DNA from: Nageia nagi
Taxonomy: Eukaryota; Plantae; Pinophyta
NCBI GenBank assembly: GCA_050084985.1
Contig: JBITNC010000001.1
Location: forward strand, 151,280,001-151,344,000
Length of the DNA: 64,000 bases
Direction of reading: 5' to 3'
The notes below the pieces were generated by a model. The model was not told the DNA's origin. It worked only from the letters and a program-made list of their open reading frames with translations, and ran no database searches. Below are positions 49,855-64,000 of the stretch, in pieces; positions within the stretch are counted from its first letter, which is position 1, and each line of letters opens with the position of its first letter. The translations under genes were made by a program, and so were the position numbers.

Positions 49855-50798
49855 GTTGGAAGTAGACACATGTTTGAGTAGTGGAAGTTAAGTGGATGCT
49901 TCCTTAACAAAACATTGAAGGTTAAAAAAGCAAAATTCGAGTGGACACTCAATATAATATTGAAGGCCAACAAAGCATGCTTATTAGAAAGGGAGTCATG
50001 TCATGTGTGGTGTGATCCACTTTGATGGGGTCTCTTTTTTTTATATTTACTATCTTATATTGTAATATTTATCATGATCCACTTTGTTGAGGTCTCTTTT
50101 TTTATAGTTTTTATTAAATATGAATTACTACAAGGATAGAAACAAGAATCATTTATATTTTCATTATAGTTTTGGATCTATGGGCATTGTTTTTAAGGAA
50201 GATGGATTCAAGAAGAAAAAACATAATGTTTGCAAATTTCTTCATTGCTTTTATCGGTCTATGTATTGTTCTTGGATGACCCTCTTGTATTCTCAAATTG
50301 ATTTTTCTTCTTTGTTAACATTGGGATAATTTTATTGGAGTCTTGAGTTATGCATATAACTATATTGATAGGTTTGTTTGTTGGCTTTTCTTGCAAGTTT
50401 GAAATGCCAAAGTAATGCACACTTGAATGATTTGGTTTGGGCATTTGAAACTATCTCTTGATCACTTGTTTTTATCCTCTATGGTGCTCTTACATAACAC
50501 TATACAACTGTATTTGAGGGGTTCTGGTTGATCGTGTTAGTTCTGATTAGAGGCATTATTAGGAATGATGTTGGTACACTAGGTCTTGAATTATTGGTAT
50601 TTAGATGTAGTGCAACCAAGTTATACTGTATGGATGTTTGGAATAATGTATTGATACATTAGATCATGCTTGTGTTGAGCACCTAAAATATATTATTTGT
50701 GGATTATATTTTGTACATTAGTATTAACTTTGTAAAAATAATTGTGCTCCATATCATTTTGTTTGAGACTATTTTGGGATACTTCCTCTTTCTACATC

Positions 50799-51988
50799 AT
50801 GGTGTTGGAAATAGACAAAATATCCAAGTAACGAAAGTCAAGTGGATGCATACTTCTATTGGAATTATTAGAGAATGTATTTTCATGGCTTCCACTAAAG
50901 ACTCTATGGCATAGAATTGTGCACAAAGAGTGGAATACTTTGTTGTCTTCCTTTAGATTCTTTAATGCATGGAAAAGTAGACAAACAAGCCCATACAAAT
51001 GGCTAATTTTGCACTCATATGGAAATTGTGATCCATATACCTACTATTATTCTTTCATCACAACCACATGGAACACTCTTTGTCTTCCTTGGATAATCTC
51101 CCTCTAATGTTAATGTCAAAAATCAAATGCATTCTAGGGATTCAACTCCATACTCATCTTATTTGGTAAGATAGATAACACCAAATGCAAGTATGTATGA
51201 GGTTTATCTAAAATGTACCTTTCTAATATCTTTACAAGAGCATGTAAGAAACTTCTTACTTTCTTGTCTATGGGAAAAGCTATTGTAACCACAATTCTAG
51301 GTAGAGATGGAGACTCTTACAAGGTTTTGGCATTGAGTAGTAATAATAGTACAAGTGTATATGATTTTGATAGTGATAGTTAAAATAATATTAACGTGGA
51401 AGTGTTAAATTCTTGCATCAGATCCTAAAGGTTTGCAAAGAAGTGGCATCCCAAACTTTATCACTAGAAGATAAAGGAAACTATTTTTGTAAATGATTTT
51501 TATGTTGCTTCAACTTATGACAAACCTTACAGTGATAGTGTTATGGTTTACAACATGAAGGGCCTAGATTCCCCAACTTTGGTTCTTTTTCCTAGTCTAA
51601 ATTTTGATGACAAGTATGTCAAGTTGGTTGTTTACGGTTGTAGAGTTTTAGCGATGTTTCTTCTATTTCAAAAAACTAGACAAACATAATTATAATGGAA
51701 CTTGAAAACCCTTCCCATCCCAACCCATTTTGAAAGGAAGTTGTAGAAATGCTCAAAACCATTGTAAAAGAATATATTGTTTCCATAGATATGTAGTGTG
51801 TAGGAGTGGAAGACTACATGAGCTTTGGAAAAAGTGGTAGTATTAATGTGATTATATACAATCTAAGTCTAAAAAAGTGGAATTGGCTTCCACTATGTCC
51901 CTTGAAGAACTTACATGAATGGTTTCCACATATGTATATTCATGCCTATAACTCAACGTGTTTAATGATTTTTGAGTCCTTGATATGA
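50799..51988 (+). pseudogene. Intronless F-box (kelch/F-box-associated type) pseudogene
   Basis: F-box ELLENVFSWLPLKTLW.RIVHKEWNTLLSSFRF; downstream SNIFTRACKKL, DSYKVLAL..TSVYDFDSDS, VMVYNM, IIYNLSLKKWNWLPLCP; many stops and frameshifts. Confidence 0.85.
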
Positions 51989-54399
51989 TATCAATAATTT
52001 CATGTACCCTTCAATTTTCTTGCTTTGGAATGTTAAGGAGTATGAGGAAAACATTTGTTCATACTCAAGAATAGATAACTTATTTTGTCAAGGTTGTAGA
52101 TATTACTTTAATTTGAAGGATCTAAATCTATATTCATATGTTGTTGCTCTTTATTTTTAAGTCCTCTTGTTGTTAAGACACGAAAAAATATATGATAACC
52201 AAAACAAGCTTTGCGATTTTACTATCCAAATTTATTATATGAGAAACAATAATTCAAATACTTAATTTATATATATTTACTTCTATAATATATATTTTAA
52301 CTTCCCTTTTCAACTTAGATAAAAGAATGAAGTAATCATATAATATTTGGAAAGAATCAAGGATTATAAAATTATCTCTACTTGTTTAATTATACATTGA
52401 TGAGCCCAAATTTTGATTGTTAAAAACACTTTAATATACCTTTTTGCATGTTTTCTTATTGCATTATTTATGATATTTAACTATATAATGGATTATGATA
52501 CTTAGTTTGTATTTTAGATTTAAGAAACATTTTTTGCAAGTAAAGTAGAAAATGGGTAGAATGTATGGTTTGAGTTATTTGCAAGATTTGAATATAAGAT
52601 CATGACTTATGACCATACATGTTGAAGAAAGAAATAAATTATATTAATGTCCTCAGGTGCCCAAAAGTGATCAATAGGACTAGCATGTACAATAATGCTA
52701 GGAAAGCCAGCTAGACCCTTAATGGGCCCATCTAAGGAATGCAAAAGGAAATGAACTAAATCGAAATTTCTAGGTTAAAGAACCCCACCCTAGTGAAAGG
52801 GGGGGTACAAAATCTGGGAAAACTATAGTGAAGTCATCCTGAGCCTATCCGGGAGGGGAGTGTGGTGGTGTACTCTGGTTCGAGAAGGGCTCGTGGTGGC
52901 CCATGGGTGAAGTGCCCGAGGTGCTACTAGGTGGAAAGAAAGAAGTGACTTGATGAATCCTCAACTTCTCTAGCATGCTCTAAATAAAAAAGAGTAATCA
53001 AATTTAAATATTCTTCTTAATGATATGAAAATAAAAATCCTAAATTTACAACATCCATAACTGTACTGAACTACATACATTAGGTCGTAGCCAACCATTC
53101 AATTGCTTAAATTTCTCAAGAATCAAACTTGACAAATAGAATATTTGATTAATTACAATTGTATTTTCTTACACTTTATTTGGTGAGCTCACATCCATCA
53201 TGGTGTAGAGTCAACATTATGTGAAAACCTTGAGGCTTTAATGTCCAATACAATCTTCGTATAAGAAGACTTTGCAGGCAATTAGTCTAAGGACCAAGGT
53301 GGGAGTTAGTTCACAAAATCAATTTCAAAGGTGCAACAATTAGTCCAACATCCCCTATCTAATGTAACTTAAGGTATCTGACCATGAATCAAGGATTTTA
53401 TACCACTATATAATTATAACTACACTAAAACTTGGAGGTGTTAATCATTGAAATAATCTACATATAAGAATACCTTATAGGGTGGTTAGTCCTAGGGCCC
53501 AAGATGATAATTAGTATATGGAATCAATACCCGAGGTGTAATAGTTATTCCAACACATGGGACATTCCATGTCATTTATCTAAGTTTATCTAAACAACTT
53601 CATATATTTGTTTACTAATTACACATAACAACCATCATCTAGTGAATGGAAAATATTTTGAAATTGTAAACTTTTGCCAACCTATTGAAGGGCCATCAGT
53701 CAATTTTATAGCAATAAAATATGTGTAGACTTGACAAATTGGAAGTTAGACTATAAGAAGAATTACATTTTGTAATGTTTTATAGTAATTTACTATTAAA
53801 AGGGATAAGATTAATTTATTTTATTATAATTCTTCAATAAAACTAGTAGAATAAGATAATTGGTTTGTTTAGAATAAGAGTTAAGAGATTAATGTTGTTA
53901 TTTTTATCTATGTACTATAAATAGTTCAATAATATTTTTTTCCCATAGTTCAAGAGCTTGTTAAAGTGTTTGTTGTTAGTAGAAAATATTTTAATATTTA
54001 ATTTCTAGTATCAACAATATACATCTTTTGAGGTTAAATATAAAAGATATATTAATTCTCTCATATTCTTCTGATTATGTAAACAAAGTATATGAGGAAC
54101 TTGACCCTTTGCTATTTGGGAAAAGATCCACCTAAGACTAATATAGTTGGAATGATTTTTACTTGGTAGAATAATAGAATCAGAGGATATATTAGATTAC
54201 ATTTAGACATAAAACTATATTTACTATTTCTTAGGAAATTCAATTGATTAAGTAGTTTAGCAAAGCGATTATTTAGTTAGTTTCAATCAAATCCCATAAG
54301 CTTATCAACTATATTAGATTTCATTCAATTCATCCACTTATAGTCCATTCTATGATTATTTGTTAAAGCTTTTGTTTTATAATTAGGATAAAAACACAG

Positions 54400-56020
54400 G
54401 TTTTGGAAGGACCCAATACCTTTTACATCCGAGAATAAAATTCAAGACAATCCTAGCAATTAGAAAGAATCAAAATACATCATATGATTCCATAAAACAA
54501 AGGTTAACCTACAGTAAATAAAAATTCAAATACTAGGGAAAAAGCTACAACATTAATTACCTCTAGTCAAGATCATATGGAGCTAGATACTTTTGTCTAT
54601 CAATTCAAAATGAAAACCTAAATAAAAATCAAAATGTAGGCATATTTCACTCGCCTCTAATGAAATTCAAAATATGAGGGGAAATCTATCCCCTCTCTCC
54701 AACAACCCCTCCTATAACACATTTTTAAGGTAGTTAACAAACTCTTTCCTGCCCAAATGAGCCCTTTGACTTCACCTTTTGCATGTTCATCACCACCACT
54801 AAAAGCGGTGATAGATCATATGAAAATATAGCTCTCACATAAGCAATGCCAAGATAATTACAAATCTTATCATTGATGGGCATTAAAAAATAGAAGAAAA
54901 ACTATATGTATTAAAAAAGAACATATAATCTGGTCCCATACACATTGAGCATTATGCCCACTAATTTCATGTATTCATAAACACACTATACATAAATTTG
55001 TGCCACATTGGTCCTATTCATTATTGAGGAACATGTCACAACTGATCATGGAGAAATTGATAAAAAAATCAAATCCTGAAAAATATCCACTGGAGAAGCC
55101 TTTATAACTCCCTTCGTAACTAATGAGAACATCAACATATACTAACAAAAAATGCAATGTTCATGAAACTCATATTGGTAACAAACCAACATAAGTGAAA
55201 GGATTGAGGTAGGTATTCCAATAAAAATCATGACCATTCTCCCCAAAAATTCTTTTCTAAAAACCCATATAAATAAAAATCTCTCAGCGAGCACCTGCTT
55301 ATAGGCAATAACCATCCTATAGAAGGCCACAACCTCGTATTATAATATTACCCATTAAACAATGCTTACAAGGTACACCATCACCCACCATGGGACTATT
55401 CTCAACCATCCCATGAAACCTCAATTTCTCGCCTAGAAATGGTAGGAATGGTTCTCATTCAAGCCTTTTGCAAATCGTCGATATCTTGACCCTTTGAATG
55501 AGAATAAGAAGAGAACATCGACATCAAAGAAGCAAACTAGATTAACACAAATCCACTTTATTATTTACTTATCAATTGAAGGAATCAATCCTTCCTCACT
55601 CCATAATGGTTCTAATTGGATTTTAACAATCCATAACCTCTTAATCCTACCTAATACCCTCCAAGCATCAAGTCATAGCCTTGAGTCACTCTTTCACTTT
55701 GGTCCATAAAAACTAAATGGGCATTGTTTAATAATTGAGACTGCACAATCAATCCCATTTATTGATTAAGTCTATAGTGCCTTTACATTACACTTATTTT
55801 CCTAGATAGTAGCCTTAGCTACAACCCTAAAAGCTTCCTTAATCTTGATAAGATCCTATACAAGGATCTTTAACATGTAAACCAACAAGGCCAACACCAC
55901 CATCTCAAAGACATACTTTCTCTTGTTTCTACAAAGATAAAATGGTATCCCACCATAACCAAAGTTGTAATACCATTCTTTGGATGGATTTGTAGCACCT
56001 CTATACTATGTTTGTCACTT
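54400..56020 (-). mobile_element. Degenerate L1 LINE ORF2 (RT) remnant
   Basis: Minus-strand LYRILSRL..L, KA(Y)D-like segment ~55675, and KQVLAERF..W..KEFLGRMVMIFIGIPTSILS (ORF 55142..55330); boundaries approximate. Confidence 0.45.
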
Positions 56021-57045
56021 AAAAGTGATGGATTTAATCCTAAAATAGTAAAATCCTAATATACCAAGATCAATTGAAATCTCTCTAAAGCATCAATACT
56101 TAAAACATAAACACAATAGAAAATCTCACAAATTTGATACACATATAAAGGAGTTCCTCTCATACAAAAGAGTATATCCACTAACTAAGATCTTTCTCAT
56201 TCACAAAGACAACTCTCTTACAAGACCTCTTTCTTCCTCTCCTAACACTAATCTTAGAGCATAAATTTGCTTCAAATTTTTGGTATATGATATCAAGGAG
56301 AGGGCCTTCAATTTATATGCCAAAATCCTCCCTTGCATCACCCTGTTAACCATTATATAAAGATATGATATGATTCACCCTTTTACCTAAGGGGCATGCT
56401 CATGAGGAGTGTAGGACAAGTTACATTATCATAGTCACTACAATACTTAAGGTATCTAGGGATACCTTTAAGTATTAGTGAATTTACAAGGAAGAACATT
56501 ACAAAACCTTATAATAATGCATTATACATTTCAACACTCTATATTAATGCAATATTGGGATAAAGTGAAGAAGAGAGAAAAAAGAGAGAGTAAAAGAGAG
56601 TTCTCGATATAGATACAATCAAAGATCAAAACTTTTACATATTTTTGAAGTAACCAAGATCTTATTTTGAGACTCACTACTTTACCATTTTAACAAATGG
56701 TTTACAATATAATCATTAACCATAACTAGTTTCAATGTACATAAAGTAGTCATCCAATCAGAAGTTGGCATGATGAGCCTCCATGAGCCTACATACCTGA
56801 AGTAAATAACCTTCAATATTAAGAAGAAACTTGCAAGCTACAAGTAGCTCAAAAAAAACAAGATCAGTTAGATGCATCATGTACACATTCATATCAACAA
56901 GGGTAAATGAATCAAGCAATGCCATCCATAAACTGATCAATGATGCATTATAATTCATCATGAAGATGCCAATTCAATACTTATAGTCATCTATTGTATA
57001 CAAAACATATGTTGATTATCATCACAAATAAAGCATGGAAAAATG

Positions 57046-57190
57046 CACATACAAGTTCCTCACATATAGATAATTGAACAATGCCAAAAGACACATACGA
57101 GTTCCTCACATATGGATAACTAAATAACGCAAAAAGGATCCATCATATGTACATACGAGTTCCTCCCATATGGATAAATGAATAGTGCTA
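57046..57190. repeat. Three copies of ACATACGAGTTCCTCACATATGGATAA-like motif in an inner minus-strand LTR
   Basis: Read directly at ~57047, 57093 and 57151. Confidence 0.85.
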
Positions 57191-57549
57191 ATGATGGTAT
57201 ATTATATGGTCAAGTGTATAAATAGTTCATCACACAAGAAGAACTAGCCAAAAGTACACATAAATATCAACACTATATAGCCAAAAATCCTCTTAGGGGT
57301 GAAGTTGTCATCATAAATATGAATTAAAAATAAGAATTAAAAAGTCAATCCCTTTTGAGGGAAACTTCACCAACCCAATAGACTTCCTAAGCTTCAGAAA
57401 GGGGCTTGGTGAGCAAATCAATGGAGTTTAGGGTAGATAGCAAGTGTACAATACCATCTAGAACCTTATCCCTTATGAAGTGGTTTGGATTTCAACATTT
57501 TTTATTAATTGATAGAAAACATGACTCTTAGCTAAAAAAATAACTGAAT

Positions 57550-60500
57550 GATTTTTTTAAAAAATTTGAGATGGGTGAGCTTGCTCATACCCAATTTATC
57601 TAAAAGTTACTTCAATCTCATCAAAGGAAAAATGAAAATATTGCTATTTATTTGAATAATATCATTAACCTTAAGATCCAACTTGTTGGTTTTGGCTGTA
57701 ATTGGATCAATGACAAGTTCATGATCTTCATAATTCTTCAAAACTTTTCTTCAAAGTTTAGTAACTTTGTGATAGTTATTGAGACTAGGCTTGATGATGA
57801 AGAAGAAGTATTCTCTCTCGAGAACCTTTCAAGGCTCCTTTTGAAGCACAAGGAGACTCTTAACAAAAAGATATTGATATCTTATCTAAAGGATAATAAT
57901 GTTGCTCTAGGAGAAATCAAAACTCCTTTCAAGAAGAAGTTCAAGCATCAAAATAAGTCTTTTCTTGCTACCTCTAAGAAGTTTCAAAAGAAGGGCAACA
58001 ACAACTACAAGCAAAGAGATGGAAAGGGAAAGGCAAACAAACCAAATCTTAAAAAAAAATTCGATGTTAATAGCAATTTTTGTGGTGGACATGGTCACAA
58101 AGAATTTGATTGCTACAAAAAGAAAAGAGAAGAAAAGAACAAGGGAAATAGAAATATGAAGAACTTTAAAGGGAAGAAGAATATTAAAGCTGGTTTTGTT
58201 TCTACTCTTTACTCTATGACTTGCACTTTTTCAACTGATTGGATTGTTAAATTTAGATACACTAATCATATATGCTTTAAAAATGAAAAGTTTAAAAATT
58301 TTCATAAGTATAGAAAGGATGTAGTTGTGATAGGTGATAATTCAATCCTTGAAATTCAAGGAATTGGGAGTGTGTTGATTCACAAAAAGGTTCTTGAAAA
58401 TATGCTCTATGTTCCTAAGCTTAGAATGAACCTTCTTTTTGTAATTAAAGTTGCAATAAAAAGATAATCATTTGAGTTCAACTCACACTCTTAGTATATT
58501 AAGAAGGAACTTACCACTTTGGTGAAAGGATCAGTGAAATATGATCTCTACATTATAGATCAAGTTCCAACAAAGATGTGTCTTCCTATGAATGTTTGCT
58601 CTAGGGGAAATATTTGGCACCAACATTTAGGGAACCTTAACCACAAAAGTATTCAAGTAATGAAATACTAAGAACTTTTGGAAGGTTTACCTTCAATTTC
58701 ACCCACAAATGGTCTATGTGAAAAGTGCATCCTAGGCAAGATGAATAGACAAAGATTTGAAAAAGATAAGGCAACAAGGGTAACCCAACCTCTTCATCTT
58801 GTGCATTCAGATTTGATGGGTCTATTTAAGGCTAAGTCACTTGGAGGAGTATCTTATGTATTAACCTTCATCGATGAATTTAGTAGGTTGATATTTGGTT
58901 ATCTACTTGAACACAAGGACCAAACCTTTGGTAGGTTTAAAGATTTCAAGGCCTTAGTTGAAAATCAGACTCAACTTAAAATTAATATGCTGAGATCAGA
59001 TAATGGGGTCGAGTATAATAGCAATGAGTTTAATGACTATTGTGCCAAGTATAGAATCAAAAGATAATTTATGATTCCTTACACTCCTCAGCAAATGGTG
59101 TTATCGAAAGAAAAAAATAGGATAATTATGGAGATGGCTAGATGCATGATGGAAAATAGTTTTAGTTTCTTATGGGGTGAATCTGTAAGCACTTCAATTT
59201 GCACCTTGGATAGATATCCCACAAAATCCATTGAGGGAAAAAATCTTTTTGAGGTATGGATAATAAAGAAACCTAATATTTCTCACCTTAAGGTGTTTGG
59301 TTGTGAAGCATTCTCTTACATTATTTCTTAGAAAAGAAAAAAAGTTGAAAATAAGAGATGAAAAATGCATCTTTGTTAGCTATGATAGTCAACATAGAGG
59401 CTATAGGCTCTACTCTTCATACTACATAGCAATGTTCATATCAAGGGATGTAAAGTTCAATGAACATCCTGAAGAATTTGATTTCAATGAGGATGTTGAT
59501 GATCTAGATGGCTCTTTAGTTGCACCTATCTAGTTGGACATCAATGTAGACAAGAAGTATGACTTTGAACAAAGCCTTATTTTCCAACTCAAAGGATAAC
59601 AAGAAGTATGACTTTGAACAAAGCCTTATTTTCCAAAATTGATAACAAAAATGAATCCTCTTCATTCAAGAAAGATTCAAAGCATGAGTGCTGGATGGAA
59701 GCCATGCAAATGGAGTATGAGGTGCTTATGAAAAATGAAACTTGAGATTTGGTTTCTTATCCCAATGAGAAAAATGTGATCAGAAATAAGTGGATCTATA
59801 AGGTCAAGTATAATTCAGTTGAAGATATTGAGAAATACAAGGCAAGGTTAGTGGCTAAAGGTTTTGCTCAAAAATACAAAGTTGATTATGAGGAAACCTT
59901 TGCTCCTATGGCAAAGATAACCACTGCTAGAATAATCCTTCCTCTTTCAACAACTCAAGGTTGAAATATTTTTCAACTTGATGTAAAGAGTGCTTTTCTC
60001 AATAGTAAATTAGATGTGGAAATCTACATAAATCAATAATAAGGGTTTGTTGTGAAATAAAAAGAGTAATTTATGTGCAAGCTAAAGAAATCTTTGTATG
60101 TAATTAAGCAAGCACCTAGAGTTTAGTATAAGAATATTTCAGGTTACTTTAGACATTAGATTCTTCAAGTGCTTCTTTGACTTTGATTTATATGTTCTCA
60201 ATCAAAGAAAATATGTGGTCTCAATTCTCCTTTACATGGATGATCTACTGATAACTAAAAATAATAATGAAATCATCCAAGAGTGCATATCTAAACTTAA
60301 GGTTGCATTTGAAATGACTGATCTTGGTCTCTTGCACTACTACCTTAGAATGCAAGTGTACCAATACAAGGATTGTACTAATCTTAGTCAATTCAATTAT
60401 ATATCATACATCTTGCAAAAGTTTAGAATTGAGAAATGTAAATCTGCTATGATCCCAATCTTTCATGGAATCACTTTATCTCTTAGCTCTAACTCTTAGT

Positions 60501-61070
60501 TGGCAAATGATACTACTTATAGGAAATTAATTGGAACTCTTCTTTATTTGACTATTTTCAGGCCAAATATTACCTTTGCAATGAATATGATGGTATGATT
60601 CATGCAAAAATTGTAGGTTGAGCATATCAATGTTGTTAAGCAAATCTTGAGGTATGTTGTGGGAAGAAAGGATCTTGCTCTCATGTATTCCAAGTTTCCC
60701 TTATTTGTTCTCTCAAGGTTCTTATATTTTGATAATGGGGGAGATAGAGATGATAGGAAATCAACCTCTACATATGTGTTTAGCATTTTTTAAAGTGCTA
60801 TCTCTTAGGCTTCTAAAAGTAGTCTACTATTTCTCTTTTCACCATAGAATATGAATATCAAGCCATGTTTGTTGCATCCCAAGAAGCTATTTATCTTAGG
60901 CATCTTCTAAAATAAATTATGTATAAGCCAACTCACCCATCTCAAATTTCTTCAGATAATCAGTCAACTATTTTTTTTGTTAAGAATCTTGTGTTGGTGA
61001 AGTTTTCCCTTCCTAAAGCTTAATTTAGTAAGCTTAGGGAGTCTATTGGGTTGGTGAAGTTGCCCTTAAA
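57550..61070 (+). pseudogene. Disrupted Ty1/copia gag-pol
   Basis: Zinc knuckle FCGGHGHKEFDC, protease-like WIV..YTNHIC, WHQHLGNLN, HLVHSDLMG, LRSDNGVEY, ISRDVKFNE, NKWIYKVK..YKARLVAKGFAQ, QLDVKSAFLN, YMDDLLI, RNase H, PPT ~61066-61076. Confidence 0.92.
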
Positions 61071-63329
61071 GCGGAGTGATGATAACTTCACCCCTAGGAG
61101 GATTTTTGGCTTAGACATATTTTGAAATAAATTAGGTATGAGCAAGCTTGCCCATATCAAATTTCTTAAAAATTTGATTTAATATTGTCAAGGGAAAGAT
61201 AAAAATATTTCCATTTAGTTGAATAAGATCATTTATCTTAGGATTCAACTTGTTAGTTATGGCTGCAATTAGATCAATGATAAGTTCATGGTATTAATCA
61301 TTCTTCAAAGCCTTTCTTCAAAGTTTAGTAACTTTATGATAGTTATTAAGACTAGGCTTGATGAAAAATAAGAAGTCTTCTCTCTCGAGAACCTTTCAAG
61401 GCTCCTTATAAAGCACAAGGAAACTCTTAATAAAAAGATATTGATCTCTTCTCTAAAGGATAATAATATTGCTATGAAGGATTTAATCCTAAAAGACTAA
61501 AATCCTAATCTACCAAGATCACTTGAAAGCTTTTTTAAACATTGATACTTAAAGCATAAATACAATAGCCAATATCACAAATTTGACACACATATAAAGT
61601 GGTTCCTCTCATACAAGAGAGTACATACACTAACTAAGATCTTTCTCATTCACAAAGACAACTCTTTTACAAGACCTCTTTGTTCATCTTCTAACACTAA
61701 TCCTAGAGCATAAATTTGCTTCAACTTTTTGGCATATGATCTCAAGAATAAGGCCTTCAATTTATAGGCTAAAATCCTCCCTTGGATCACCCTTTTAGCC
61801 ATTGTATAAAGACATAACATATTTCACCCTTTTATCCAAGAGGCATGCTCATGAGGAGTGTAGTTCAAGTTACATTATCATATTCACTTAAATACTTAAG
61901 GTATCTAGGAATACCTTTAAGTATTAGTGAATTTACAAATAAGAACATTACAAAACCTTACAATAATGCATTATACATTCCAACAAAAAGGATATTCTTG
62001 GTAACCCACATATTTGCTAGAGAATCTTTGAGGAAGCTTCCATTTGCATTAGTACAACTAAGCCATACAATCATAGCTACAAATGGGTCTTTTAAAACAA
62101 CCATGCACCAGCCTCAAAGGCTCATATCTACATTATTGCACCCTCCTCGACCTCCCATCACTCTCCTTTCTAGCCTCACATTCTCTTTCTCACTCCATTA
62201 CCTTTATTTGTTGATCCTTGTTAGATTGAAGTTACTTACATATTTTCTTTTGTTCCTTTATAATAAGTTTCTTTCCTATAAGATTGTAATGTTTCTTTAG
62301 TGTAAATGTTTTTATTTCACATAACTTTCATTTCTATCTTCAAAATAAGTTTCTTTTTCAATCTTCGAATAGAGTTATTTTTGTACAATTTTATTTGCTT
62401 TCTAGGATTAAGAGTCCTCTTAGTTTTAATACGAATATGGTCAATTTCTTAGATATTTGCACATACAATGCTAGGCCTTTGTAAAGAACATGACCTTATA
62501 TTGAAACATTAAATTATGTATCTAAATCCAATCATTTTTGGAATTTTTGTTGAGAAAGATGTTAAGATGCACTAAGGGTACTAATCCAAGTCATAATCTT
62601 ATGGATATCTAAACCTAGAGATAATAAAGGATGATTCATTTCTTGAAAAATTTGCTAGTGGGATAAGGGATCAAGGTAATAAGGTGAAGTGAGGGAAGAA
62701 TCAATTATCCAAAAAATTATCTTTGAACAATAAATACCTATTACAATTTGACTTATTCTTTCACAAATAACAACTTAACAAAATCTTGTAGTACCATAAT
62801 CTATTATTAGATAAAGGCTAATTGAATAAGATTTTGTTGCCTCAAGATTTGTTCCAATGCAAGATACACCTAAGAAAAATAAAATGGTCCAAGCTTCATC
62901 TAATACTCTTTTGACTATTTCAAAAATACAAAAGGTAGAAATTGAGACTCTTCTAGACTAGAGTGAGGAAGTCTCTATTAATATGTAAGGGAATAAGTTC
63001 TTGAGTTAAAAGAATGATAGTAAGATATTAAACAAATCTTTGAAGGAGAATAAAAAATTATTGTATCCACATTAGTTCCTATCATCAAATTAGGACTCAA
63101 CACTATAGGAAATAATCATCTATGTTTGAGTATTAAATAATATGACATCATTCCCATCTTGAGTTGAAATGTTGATTCAAACATTTTACCCCACAAAATT
63201 CTATTTCTTGATTTACTTATTGGTGGACACCATGGGCTTATAATATGAATTGATATCACTATGAGTAAGAGAAATTGAAAACATTCTTATTTCTAGTTAG
63301 ACTATATGTGAAGAATACTTTGATTATAA

Positions 63330-64000
63330 ATATATCACCCTCCATTTTGACTAATTTTAAATGGGTAAATTTAGCATATCTAAATATCATTTTGTTCAAA
63401 TTCAATGTTATTTGTTGAACCTATGATTACACATGGGATGATTTAAAATTGAAAGTATTCCCTACTACTTTGAAGGATGAAGCACTTTGTTGGTTCATTG
63501 AACTCAATGAGAATTCTATTATTTTATGGGAATAAATGAATTCAAGTTACTTCAAAAGTATTAGGACTATTATCGAGTGTATGATATTCAATATGAGATA
63601 TTTTGAAAGTTATAGAAATAAGAAGAGCTAATGAAAGACTACTAAAAGAGATTCTTGTTCAGTCTCTAATGAAGCAAGGTAAGACTAGACAATGCCTTGT
63701 TAAAAAATATATTTTTGAGATGCCTTTGATAAGATTGTGGAGTCCATCAATCTAATGGTGGTGGAGACATCTTGAAGATTTGTTTTGACCAAATCTTTGA
63801 AATGTGTATAAACTACTGATGTATAAAGTCCTATGTGCATTCATATAAACTTTTGGATAAAATATTTAGTCATTATAAAGTATAAAATCAACAACTTGAT
63901 GTAAGAATTGAAGATTGATATAATAAATATGCTAATAATAAAATTAGATACTCTCAAGGCCAAATTTGTAAATAATGAAATATTGGCTATCTGTTAACTT
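63330..64000 (+). mobile_element. Decayed Ty3/gypsy gag fragment
   Basis: TYDYTWDDLKLKVFPTTLKDEALCWFIELNENSIILWE, a retrotransposon gag motif with stops. Confidence 0.75.

Larger units (their letters stand above)
56026..61985 (-). mobile_element. LTR element (511-bp LTRs) with rearranged Copia interior
   Basis: Direct repeats 56026-56536 and 61475-61985, TG...CA, perfect outer TSD AAAAG; TATA-like motif on the minus strand of both LTRs. Confidence 0.88.

Overview
AT-rich, CpG-depleted plant nuclear DNA. The giant introns and TE families suggest a gymnosperm/conifer genome (inference). One host gene is recognisable: a mitochondrial NifU-like Fe-S carrier (NFU4/NFU5 type) on the + strand. Five coding exons (6054-6215, 7183-7358, 14535-14638, 14813-14924, 43059-43118) splice GT-AG into an intact frame; the transit-peptide exon was not found in the window. 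Its 7.2 kb and 28.1 kb introns hold nested retroelements, several delimited by target-site duplications (TSDs): a gag-less chromovirus (18680-25735) with a solo LTR inside its 5' LTR, a Copia with TA...TA termini (25946-34638), and an inverted solo LTR (39509-40888). An antisense PPR pseudogene lies in the same large intron. The most unusual object is a 5.8 kb TSD-flanked insertion (28498-34296) that looks like a single giant solo LTR. It contains an array of ~46-bp covarying palindromes followed by a TATA box and a decayed ~1075-codon non-gag/pol ORF; a shorter ORF-less relative with the same array sits at ~10808-12248. Downstream of the gene are an hAT MITE, an F-box pseudogene, L1 remnants, a rearranged/chimeric Copia (56026-61985) and a gypsy gag fragment.
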